Origin: Trypanosoma brucei
Taxonomy: Eukaryota
Length of the DNA stretch: 64,000 nucleotides
Assembly: GCA_000002445.1 (NCBI GenBank)
Contig: CP000071.1
Location: 1,792,001 to 1,856,000, forward strand
Direction of reading: 5' to 3'
Below, piece after piece: positions 54,913-64,000 of the stretch. The position numbers and the translations under genes were made by a program. The notes beneath the pieces were generated by a model. That model ran no database searches. It saw only the letters and a list, made by a program, of their open reading frames with translations, and was not told the origin of the DNA. The stretch's first letter is position 1. Each line of letters opens with the position of its first letter.

Positions 54913-57612
54913 ATGTTTTACTCAGGGTGGCAGTTTCCCACACCGCAGCGTTTGGAAGGTCGTGGTAGCGATGCGCAAAGTGGCTATCTCCTGCAGAACT
55001 CACAAAACTCAAGCATATCTTTCGTGCATTTTCTCCCATCTGGCGACAGACGCCAGTTGGTCCGACAGCGTGAAACCGGCTCCCGAATTCATCTCAAGAG
55101 TGACGTCTCCATCCACCCGAACAGCGGCGTGTTTTACTTCGAGGTTGAGGTCCAATTTTCCGGCGCCGCTGGAGGAGGAGGAGGTGGTGGTGGTGGTGGG
55201 GCGTCGGAACCGGCGTTGGTAATCGGCGTGTGCCGCCGGTCCCTCCCATCGAATGGGCTCCCGGGAGAAGAGGCCAATAGTGTCGGACTCTTCACTTCAC
55301 AGCGCATGGTGTATGCCAATGGGAAACGGGAGGGAGAAGTCGTACGGTTCCCTACAGGTACACGCGCACGAAGCATCGCAGGAAATAATGTCGACAGTAT
55401 CAACGGTGATGCCGCGGCAAGTGGGGAAAATGGAACTGCTGAAGGTGAGGAACAAGAAGGGCGGCGTTTTAGGGGACTTCGAGTAGGCGACACGGTGGGA
55501 TGCATTGTCAATTTGTTGGATGGAACAGTGCGCTTCACATTCAATGGGGAAATCCTTGACTTTACGGCTGTTTTGAGCCGTCGCACACCAAAACATGGGT
55601 ACTACGCCGCAGTCGGGGTCTTTCGGCGCGTTCCTCCCGTTGCGGTGCGAGTTATTTTTCCGTCGGTAGCACGGCAAACGCCCATTCCTCAGCCAATTTC
55701 CGCAACCGGTGCTGAAAAGAGAGAGGATGATGAGCAGCGGAAGGCGGAGCCCGCGGTGGGTTCTGTGCTTAATGAGGCTGCATCACGCGGAGGTTATTTT
55801 AATTTTGACATCGACGGGTACTGTGAGGACGTTACGAAGAAATTGGTGTTGGCGCACCTCCTAGGGAAAGCGAAGGGGCCCGTGGTTGAGCTGAAAGAAA
55901 ATGAATGCACGTGTCGTGACACGAGCATCGTAGCGGCCATATGCAAGCATTTAGCAGCGCGTGGCATGACAAGTGCCCTTTCTGCCTTCGAAAAGGAGCA
56001 ACAGGAACTTACCTGTGCCAAATGTGGCTGCGGAGCTGAACCCCCTGAAAAAGCAGATGCGGCCATTCCAAAACATGTTGATCCGACAAGTGAAATGCTG
56101 GGGGCCGGAACCTACAACCGCAGTAACGGGGACAGTTTAACCAGCGGAACTTGCACAGAAAGTGAATCACGCACCGTCACCTACAGTGCACACATCAGGC
56201 GACTTCGTGAAGATGTGGGCAATGGTAGAATGTCCGCTGCTGTGGAGCGCACGCTTAGCTTTGGGCTTGTTTCCCCGGGGGTGCTCGAAAAGGTGAGGAG
56301 TTGCGTTGAAAATGTTGACGCACTTCTCCCTGACTTCTGGGGTCTTCTTTTTTTCGCCCAGCGCTGTGATATCCTCTTTCTCCTTCGTGTTACTCATTTG
56401 GTGGAACTTTCGTTTGACACTATGCAAAGAAGACTCGAAATTCTGCTCCGCAATGTTAGTGGTGAAGGGAGCATCGGTAGGAATGCAACTGAGGACGCCC
56501 ATGAAGCAGAAACTACTACCGCATGCCCATTCACAACCGCCGCTGAGCTAATGGAGTTCGCACACCGCTTCCTTCTTGAGCCTATGAGAAGCGTTGCTTC
56601 CACTATTCGACAGCACCGCAACAGCACAACAAAGGGACCATGGACCAGTGAAGTTCTTGCCTTCGGTTCTTTTGAAAGCAGCGCCGACGAGGGTACTGAT
56701 TCGTTCGAAGAGCTCGCAGCGCATCTATTCGTGAGCGGCCGGGACAGCTCTTGGTCAGGACCTGAGGCTCCTGCAACACTTCTGGTGCGGCACAGTGTAC
56801 CCAACGTACCGGCTCCAAAATCCCAACAGCAGCGGCGCATCGTGCAGACACTTGCAACGCTCATCTCCCACCAACGTGCAGTTTGCGCGCGGGCAGAGCG
56901 ATACCACAAGCCGGGCATGTCATACAAGTGGGCGGAGGAGTGGCTGGTTCTCGTGGAGGACACTCGGCGGGAGTGCCGCACCCGTTGTACATCACTCCTC
57001 CTTCATGCGATTGAGGATTTCAACGGTGCGTTAGAGCATCGTCTGGTGGTGTGGACGCAGCGGCAACAGCAACGCACGAGGGGGGTGGCATTTGGTGGTA
57101 GCTTAGAGCAACATGGTGCCCCGGTTGTGCCTTCAAAAAGTGGTGGCAAGGAGGGAGAAAACGCGGCGGTGGAGACTAGGGAAGTTCTATTCCCTTCACT
57201 GCGCTCGGCGTGGCGGCACGTGCATGCAGCTGCTGCGTTGGAACCACTTCTTCAGGTTGTAACAAAAGCCTTTAGTGATCAGCTTAATCGGGTAGTTGTT
57301 AATGCGCGACTGATGGCAGAGTCCATTTCAACGAAGGAACCGCCTTCCACTTTCTGCAAGGGCCCCAAGCGCGGCATTCTTCACTCACCCGAGTTGAGCG
57401 TAAGCGGTGCAGACAAGAAGGTTGCTGAAAGCAACGGAAGTAGTGCTTCCTCATGTGAGCCATCCGTGGGTTCCCGCACAGCACCGGTAGAAAGCGAGAG
57501 GGAATGTGTCAGTAACAACAGCGTATGCCAAAAGAGAATGGCATGTTATACGGATGACTTACGTATGAGTTTCCTGTATATGAAGAGCGTTTATAGGGCG
57601 GTTTTTGCCTAG
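54913..57612 (+). CDS. SPRY (B30.2) domain-containing protein with an internal Gly10 insertion
   Basis: 899 aa. SPRY signatures: …GVFYFEVEVQFSG…LVIGVCRRS…VGLFTSQRMVYANGKREG…LRVGDTVGCIVNLLDGTVRFTFNGEIL…YYAAVGVF…. A (GGN)n run at 55168-55200 encodes G10. Confidence 0.6.
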   Translation: MFYSGWQFPTPQRLEGRGSDAQSGYLLQNSQNSSISFVHFLPSGDRRQLVRQRETGSRIHLKSDVSIHPNSGVFYFEVEVQFSGAAGGGGGGGGGGASEPALVIGVCRRSLPSNGLPGEEANSVGLFTSQRMVYANGKREGEVVRFPTGTRARSIAGNNVDSINGDAAASGENGTAEGEEQEGRRFRGLRVGDTVGCIVNLLDGTVRFTFNGEILDFTAVLSRRTPKHGYYAAVGVFRRVPPVAVRVIFPSVARQTPIPQPISATGAEKREDDEQRKAEPAVGSVLNEAASRGGYFNFDIDGYCEDVTKKLVLAHLLGKAKGPVVELKENECTCRDTSIVAAICKHLAARGMTSALSAFEKEQQELTCAKCGCGAEPPEKADAAIPKHVDPTSEMLGAGTYNRSNGDSLTSGTCTESESRTVTYSAHIRRLREDVGNGRMSAAVERTLSFGLVSPGVLEKVRSCVENVDALLPDFWGLLFFAQRCDILFLLRVTHLVELSFDTMQRRLEILLRNVSGEGSIGRNATEDAHEAETTTACPFTTAAELMEFAHRFLLEPMRSVASTIRQHRNSTTKGPWTSEVLAFGSFESSADEGTDSFEELAAHLFVSGRDSSWSGPEAPATLLVRHSVPNVPAPKSQQQRRIVQTLATLISHQRAVCARAERYHKPGMSYKWAEEWLVLVEDTRRECRTRCTSLLLHAIEDFNGALEHRLVVWTQRQQQRTRGVAFGGSLEQHGAPVVPSKSGGKEGENAAVETREVLFPSLRSAWRHVHAAAALEPLLQVVTKAFSDQLNRVVVNARLMAESISTKEPPSTFCKGPKRGILHSPELSVSGADKKVAESNGSSASSCEPSVGSRTAPVESERECVSNNSVCQKRMACYTDDLRMSFLYMKSVYRAVFA

Positions 57613-57646
57613 GCGGTTTTTGCCTAGGCGGTTTTTTTTTTTAAAG
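57586..57646 (+). repeat. 15-bp tandem repeat (gcggtttttgcctag, about 2.7 copies) overlapping the stop codon of the SPRY gene
   Basis: agggcggtttttgcctaggcggtttttgcctaggcggttttttttttt; the first TAG is the CDS stop. Confidence 0.8.
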
Positions 57647-58869
57647 TCCGACGCCTCAGTGAGTATATGAATATGCAGACAAGCACGTATATACATATAT
57701 GTATATTTATCGGTGGTGTGCAGGCGCACAGTGTAGTTTTGGGGCAGATGCTACGTATGCGCTGTTTCATCACGCTTCTCAATCATTTCTCTCTCATTTT
57801 TCCCCCCTCCATTCACATGATCACCAGTATTGGCGTGTTTCTGTGCGTGCGTTGAATGGTGAGGCGTCGTGTTTCACACCGCCCCAGTCCCTGAGGCCGC
57901 TACCGGTGCTCTGGTTTAGTTAAACTTTAGTGCATTATTGTTATTATCATTTTCACTTCGCTGTGTACAATGAGTAGTGATTGTGAAACTTTTGTGTTTA
58001 CTCACTCGGTTGTCTCCCTTTTCAACTCTTAGTGAGCATTTTCCCCTGTTACGTCAAGTGTGGGAACTTTCTCACGTTCGCGCTTCATGAAAAGTGGCGA
58101 CCTTTTTGTTTTGTTTTTCTTTTCTTTTGCGCTGCGCTGCGCTCGCCATTGAAATATGAAGGAGTATGTGCAAAGGCAGTAGGGAGAGGATTGTCGTGGT
58201 GATGCTAACGGTGGGAAGGGGAGACCAAAGTGGTAATTCTTTGTTGTTGTTTCTTTGCTTTCACTCATTTACGGTCAAATGTGTATGAAATTAACGGTTG
58301 TTCAGAGTTGCTTAGGTAGAGAAATGGCATAATGAAACCTTATGTTTTACTTTCCTTCCCATTTGCTTTTTTCCTCTTTTCTTCTTTTTTAAAAAAAAAA
58401 AAATTGTCTCCTCCTCCCCTTCCCCCGTTTCTTCGCTCTCATCAGCGTCCCTCATTTCAACTACGTCCCCTCTGGTTGAAGGATTCATTGAATATGCGTT
58501 AGTACCTGTAAATGTGATTTTCTCTTTTTTTGTCACTAAATTGTTACCCTGTTGCTTTCATTATCATTCTTATCATCGTTAGACTAATCCGTCCACTCTC
58601 CACCAAGACGCAGCTCAATAATTTAGAAAAAAAAATCTTAAGATAGTAAAGACAGGAGGGGGATACTAGAATTTCAAAAGGAAAGGGACCTGGTACGTAT
58701 ACCGGAACGTTATCTATAAGACAGCAGATATTAGTATTTGAACACTTTCCTTCCCCTCTCGTGCCTTTGCTCTTTTTTCCCCCCTGTTCTGTCTACGGGC
58801 ACTGACGGGAGAAAAAGAAAGCAGTGGCACGCAAGTGTTGGTGAAAGGCGCAACTTCATACAAGCACAA

Positions 58870-58921
58870 ATATATATATATATATATATATAAGATTCAC
58901 AAACCACACACACACACACAA
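58870..58921. repeat. (TA)11 … (CA)9 compound microsatellite
   Basis: tatatatatatatatatatatataagattcacaaaccacacacacacacacaagcg. Confidence 0.8.
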
Positions 58922-58986
58922 GCGCGTGTACGTGCATACATATAGAAAGAGGAAGTGAAGGACAACTGTGTTGAATAACAGCAGTA

Positions 58987-60321
58987 ATGAAAGAAAAAAA
59001 AGAGGTGAATTCAAGCCGTAAAGGATGGATGCCACCACGAGGTCGGCTGACGGCAACATCACGTGGCCCGGTGCCACCACCGCCTAGTCGCACACCCACG
59101 CGATGCTCGAGCATTTGTCGTGTTCCCAAAGATCGCTTTCGCGGCCCCCCGGCAGTAGCAGCAACAACAACACCGCGAAGTCGGGAAAGCGGCTCAGCTT
59201 GTCATTGTGTACCTCTTCGACGCAAGAACGCATCAAACGATAATGCCTTTGCGACACGACGCACGGCCATAGTGGATGAGAAGACACCGTCAGCGCAGAA
59301 GCCTGTTCAGCCCTATGTAGCGGATGAGCGAATAGAGAAAATGCGTAGGTCAATGAATGGTACGAATCGCCGTTCCTGTAGCGAGTCTATGCGAGATGCG
59401 GAGCCTGTGAGTTTTCATATGGCGCCGTACCCGCGAGTTCCTTTTGTACGGCAGAGTAGCAACCGGTGTGAGTCAACTCCTTCAAGCTATAGAACTCGGG
59501 TGAGTACAGCACAGCAATGTTCATTTGGGGGACATGCTGCGAGACCAACGGTTGCTGGTACGGAGCTACTTCCGCGGATGCCACACCTTCAGGGTACTCA
59601 CCGTACCTCCAAAGAGCGGGGTCGCGCGACGTTAGAGCGCTTCCTCCAAACTCAACCAACAGATGCACAAAATGAAGTACGAGATCTAATGAAGGAGTAC
59701 AAGGGTCGAGAAGAGGAGCTATGCGATGCTCTAAACATTGCATTCGGGGAGTCAGCAGGAGGTGTAGCAATGGGTCTCAGTACCAGTACTAGTGGAGGAG
59801 CCACACCGGTTCCCCGACGTTATGATATTCCACAACCATACCGAGGGCCCACGCCACTGAAACAAGAGGTGACTGACACGTCGATACTTAACACTTCACC
59901 AAAGCTTCATAGCCGCAGCGCCATGAGTGCTACTGTTAGAGTGAATAGTGAAGCAAATCCAATAGCATCGAGCGCCTCGCCTTACCGTCATGGTTGTTCC
60001 CCCCGCAGGACTCAACCATCGCGGAATCGTGTGAACCCTCGCGATGGCGTTTATTCACAACCTCCCTCTGGTATGATATCCGCCTGCACACCCATTTCCA
60101 GCCCTTCACGTGGGAGGGGAACCGGTTGGGCTAAAAGTCTCTATAATGAATTGAGGGAAGAGGGCAGTTTGTCGCCATACCTCCGTTACCTTCCCAGTGA
60201 TGTGTCAGGAGGTGAATGGGATAAACCTGATGTTGGAGACGTGCTTTGCTTTCAGGCGAAGGAGCCGCAGCGAAGACGTGTGCTCACCTCGCCCGTCCCC
60301 GATGAGTTACTCATAAAATAA
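58987..60321 (+). CDS. Hypothetical basic Ser/Arg/Pro-rich protein (444 aa)
   Basis: ATG-initiated + strand ORF, about 30% S+R+P. It is probably disordered; nuclear or RNA-associated is a guess. Confidence 0.45.
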   Translation: MKEKKEVNSSRKGWMPPRGRLTATSRGPVPPPPSRTPTRCSSICRVPKDRFRGPPAVAATTTPRSRESGSACHCVPLRRKNASNDNAFATRRTAIVDEKTPSAQKPVQPYVADERIEKMRRSMNGTNRRSCSESMRDAEPVSFHMAPYPRVPFVRQSSNRCESTPSSYRTRVSTAQQCSFGGHAARPTVAGTELLPRMPHLQGTHRTSKERGRATLERFLQTQPTDAQNEVRDLMKEYKGREEELCDALNIAFGESAGGVAMGLSTSTSGGATPVPRRYDIPQPYRGPTPLKQEVTDTSILNTSPKLHSRSAMSATVRVNSEANPIASSASPYRHGCSPRRTQPSRNRVNPRDGVYSQPPSGMISACTPISSPSRGRGTGWAKSLYNELREEGSLSPYLRYLPSDVSGGEWDKPDVGDVLCFQAKEPQRRRVLTSPVPDELLIK

Positions 60322-62639
60322 TACGCCCAACAGCAAGATTTGAGGTACTTTATATGGCCTGATGTTGGAGGTGTGTTTTACTGACATGGCAAAGGGAGGG
60401 AGAAAGGAAGAGTAGATATGTATGTGTAAATATAAGTTTAGAAAAGATGGATCGCAGGGGAGCAAACGGTGTTTGGGAGGGGAAAAAAAACAAGTGAAAA
60501 CATGCGAGCATGGATATAAAACAGTGGCGACATTAGAATTTATTAGATTTCCAGTATGTGAGGTAGCCCCATTGCAGCACTGATGGGGAAAAGGAGGGAC
60601 GAAAGGAAAGAGAAATTAAAATGCCCCGACTCTCGCCCCTCCACGCGTTTTTTTTGTTCAAAAGTTTAATTACTGGATCCATGAAAATGAAGAATACTTT
60701 TGTCTTATTATTTACAACAGTGATGATGATGATAGTAATAATAATAACGTGGCAGCAGTATTATTATTATTGTTGTTGTTGTTACTTGAGATCCCTCATA
60801 CTGTTTTGCAGAACGTAAGAAAAAGATAACTTATATTTTTGTTAAAAAGCAAGCCTACCAAGGAAAAGAAAAAGGGAAGGTGATTTGTTTTATTGTTTTC
60901 TTTAATCAATATAGAAGTCCTTTCGCATACGTGAGACAATTACGAGTGTATTTGCTTATTGTTGTTGTTTTAATTCCCCTTGTTTTATTGTTGTCCAATT
61001 GCAATTTTGTTTAATATATATGTATCACTGTTACTGTTACCGTTACGATTTTCTGTTTGTTTCGTTTTTTTTTTGATGTCGTCGTGTAAATAAGGAGGGA
61101 ATGGTGATGGATTTGAGTGTTGGGGCTGCGGCGTGTATTGCTCAAGTGATTTGGCGAGTTAATTTATTTATTTATTTATTAACTTAATATTTATAATATG
61201 GCAGTAGGGGAGGGGGTAACGGAGGAAAAAGGGAAAATGCGACATCATCGCAGTGTATCGTGAAATTTCCGTGCAGTGGTCTCATCCCGCGCGCCTGGTT
61301 TGTATGAACATTCCATTTCTTTATGTTCCCTCCTGTGTTTCATTATTCCCTTGTTTTTTGTGTAGATGAGTTGGTCCTCCTTTTTTTTTTTTTGATAATT
61401 TTCCGCCCCACTTCATTTGTCTTTTTTTTTTTCTACATTGCTTGTTCGTTCCTTTTTTTTTTTTTTTGGTATTTCCTCGATTCTGATTTCGGTCTTTTTT
61501 AAAAAAAAAAAAGAAAAATCCTCTTCCTTGAACACGAGCGCCACGACCTTCACCCACCAACCTCCGAGTTTTCATATTTTAATAGAAGGAAAACTACTAA
61601 CATCGCAAATTGCGATTTGTGTGGTGATTGACGCAGTTCAGCAAACGTTTCACTAATAAAAGGAGAAAATAAAAATAAGAAGAGGACAAAAGGGGGGATG
61701 GTGTGAAAATAAAGCAGCGGCAGGAAAGAGAATTCAGCTCCTCATCATCACACGTTCCAGTAGTCAAGTGATGAAATTTTTTTTTATTTTGTTTGTGTGG
61801 GTTTTCTGTTTGTCGTCGTATCGGCATGTTTTGTTCTGTCGAAGAGGGATTTTCCGCAAATGTGTGTGTGTGTGTGTGTATTTACCGTACCAATAACTAT
61901 TAGTTGTTGTTTTTTTAAATTCAAAATACATTTACCTCGCCTCTTTCCCCAGCTCCTCAATCCCACTAAGTGATAATAACCCAATAAGAAAATGGAAAAA
62001 AAAAAGCAGCGCACGTGGATTGTTTTGTTATTCTTTTTTTCCCTTTAATTCCCTCCTCAGTGTCATATCGTACCTCATTCAATTGCACCTCTTTGTTCCC
62101 CTTTACTTTATTTTTTGTTTAATTTTGTTTTGTTTTTTGCTTTTCCCTTCTTTTTCCCAACGGAAATCCCAAAACCACAGGGGTACAGTCGCTCCCCATC
62201 CTTTAGTTACATTACCTCATAATTTACGGGAACACACATATACCCAAATATACGAATAGACACGCACATATTTGTATATATATATATATATATTCGTATA
62301 TTAGTTGTGGTTGAAAAGGAAAGGAAAGGAAAGGGAGAGTGCGCCCCTACAGTACGTGACGGCGCTTTTGCAGCTTATTCGTTTCTAGTGCTTCAAAAAG
62401 AAAAAGAAGAAAAAAGGAGCGGAGGAACAAAGGGTTCTTCGCCCTTAGTTGTTTCTTTTTTCTTTTTTCTCTTTTTCCCTCCTCCCCCTTTCCTACATTT
62501 AAAGGTAACAGACGACTGTTCGAGGTAAAATATTCAGAAAGTACAAAACGAAGGCAACTAAAGGGGAAAAAAAGGGGGGGTGCATATAGAAACATCAGTG
62601 CAGGGCTGCGTTCCCCCCCCCCCCCCGCCATCCGAACAA

Positions 62640-63443
62640 ATGATAGTGCGGTTGCTTTTCTTTTCATATTTCCTCCTACTGTTGACTGCCACGCAACTCA
62701 CTGCGCAGGTAACTGATGAATCCACCACAATTACATTCGCACATGAAATTGGCCCAGTAGAAAAACTCAAGCAGCCACAGTTGTTGTGGTTCCTCACATG
62801 GCGCTCAAGTGATGAACAAACCACTTCAATGGCTAGTGTGAATGCGCCTGCTGGCGAACTCGCTGTAACCCTCAATACGGAAGCGCAACAATTAACGAAA
62901 TATGTCGCGGGACTGCAGTGCGAGGAGTCCCGAAAGCTTAACGCGGGATTCCGCTCGGGGCGCTGCACACTTTTGTTGACGGCCTGCGAAGCGGAAGAGC
63001 GGGCAGATGTGTTCTTCAACTACCGCGTGACTAAACATATTGAACACGATACAACTCTAGGCGACACAGCGACTCACGTTAGTAAACTATATGAAGAAGG
63101 TGACAATGAAGATGCCGTAGAGGTGGGCACAGTTACGTACAGTGTGGAAAACAGTAGTGATGATGAGCGTGATCCCAGTGTTGCATTTATTTTGGAGTTT
63201 AATTTAACAGTGAAAGCGGGTGGCTGCAAGAATTGGATTCCCTCCTGGTTGAAGGTGGAGGGACTATCACCTGATGAAGTGGAGATGCGCACCTGGCGGC
63301 GAAGGGCTGCCACTTCTGTTGTGGAACGATGGGGTTATCCGCTACTTTTGGCGGCTGCGGTGTATGGTGCGTTGCATGCCTTGACTGCAATTGCGAGACG
63401 CCACCAACAGGCCGCGGCGGAGAAGAGGAAAAAGATGAAGTAG
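62640..63443 (+). CDS. Predicted type-I membrane glycoprotein (signal peptide, one C-terminal TM helix, short Lys-rich cytoplasmic tail)
   Basis: The track start at 62580 is a GTG; the first ATG is at 62640, giving MIVRLLFFSYFLLLLTATQLTAQV, a classic cleavable signal peptide. C-terminal …GYPLLLAAAVYGALHALTAIA (TM) then RRHQQAAAEKRKKMK. Two N-x-S/T sequons (NSS, NLT). Confidence 0.5.
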   Translation: MIVRLLFFSYFLLLLTATQLTAQVTDESTTITFAHEIGPVEKLKQPQLLWFLTWRSSDEQTTSMASVNAPAGELAVTLNTEAQQLTKYVAGLQCEESRKLNAGFRSGRCTLLLTACEAEERADVFFNYRVTKHIEHDTTLGDTATHVSKLYEEGDNEDAVEVGTVTYSVENSSDDERDPSVAFILEFNLTVKAGGCKNWIPSWLKVEGLSPDEVEMRTWRRRAATSVVERWGYPLLLAAAVYGALHALTAIARRHQQAAAEKRKKMK

Positions 63444-63910
63444 TCGCAGTTGCATTTACTTACCGCAGTGTTCCTCACAATCAATCACATTATGGTTCAG
63501 AGTTGGGATGTATGGAGTTGTGCGAGTGGTGTCCATTAACTCAACTATGCAGATGTGAGACAGAAATTACTGTCGGGCTGCGCAGCATCGAAGAAACGTA
63601 TAAAAATAAGGGGTGAGAAGGTTATGAGGCGAATTTACATTACATCTCACCGTTTCCTGTAAACACAAAAGCAACTGTTGTTTTTCACATTTTTTGGTGA
63701 CCTATTGGCTTCGGCGCGAGGAACGTTGCGAAGTTGCTCGGGAGCAAGTGAAGACATCCACAGAAAAAGAATTAACACTTTATCAAAGCTATAGGAAATC
63801 TTATTATTATTTTTTTGACCCATTATTGTTAGTGCACCGTTGTTAAATAAATCAGAAGGGCAAAAAAAAAAAAGGAGAACTTACTTGTCATTTACGAAAC
63901 CTCACTGAAA

Positions 63911-64000
63911 GTTGACGATAATGTTTGGCACGCCGGTTGAGAATCTGACGGCAAATCAGATCAAGGAAGAACTGCGAACTCTATACGGTGTCAGCGACTT
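63911..64000 (+). CDS. Possible 5' end of a further + strand gene running out of the window (MFGTPVENLTANQIKEELRTLYGVSD…; SAP-motif-like)
   Basis: ATG after a long spacer, open to the window end. …LTANQIKEELRTLYGV resembles a SAP DNA-binding motif. Only 30 codons are visible. Confidence 0.2.

Noticed and set aside
3559-62580. ORF-track start coordinates 3559, 4588, 18865, 34028, 44202 and 62580
   Set aside because: These begin at GTG or TTG; the track evidently allows alternative starts. For a eukaryote I moved each to the first in-frame ATG (3601, 4603, 18913, 34055, 44244, 62640). The 18913 and 44244 starts remain somewhat uncertain.

Overview
This window reads as nuclear DNA from a trypanosomatid, most likely Trypanosoma brucei chromosome 8. 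Every credible protein-coding gene (about 26) lies on the + strand. They are separated by spacers full of polypyrimidine tracts, (TA)n/(TG)n/(GA)n microsatellites and homopolymer runs. I found no introns, no strand switch, no rRNA genes and no convincing tRNA genes, and there are no prokaryote-type elements such as CRISPR arrays or operons. That layout is the signature of one unidirectional polycistronic transcription unit.

Genes I recognise with good to moderate confidence, in order:
- a kelch-repeat protein whose 5' end lies outside the window
- two tandem, near-identical 40S ribosomal protein S8 genes
- transketolase ending in the PTS1 tripeptide SHL
- 60S ribosomal protein L26
- a small BolA-like protein
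- a large HEAT-repeat protein resembling tubulin-folding cofactor D
- the class III PI3-kinase VPS34
- the MAP6-related axonemal protein SAXO
- an ITPK1-like ATP-grasp kinase
- a Pam18-like J-domain protein in which HPD has become HSD
- a protein with prenyltransferase-alpha repeats
- a PLAA/Doa1-type protein (WD40, PFU and PUL domains)
- two paralogous PHO80-like cyclins separated by 4.6 kb of gene-free low-complexity DNA
- a SPRY-domain protein
- a small predicted type-I membrane glycoprotein

My memory of TriTrypDB locus numbering, which has to be checked, places this at Tb927.8.6150-6350. The order there is RPS8 x2, TKT 6170, VPS34 6210, SAXO 6240, Pam18 6310, CYC10/CYC11 6340/6350.

The ORF track allows GTG/TTG starts, so I moved several CDS starts to the first in-frame ATG. 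My own position counts from the printed sequence were off by one from the track in a few places; where that happened I kept the track's frame and coordinates.

I see no single novel system. The points most worth a second look are the RPS8 copies and their divergent flanks, the SHL glycosomal signal plus an AU-rich 3' UTR on transketolase, the degenerate J-domain of Pam18, the long gene-free tracts around the cyclin pair, and a stop codon sitting inside a 15-bp tandem repeat.
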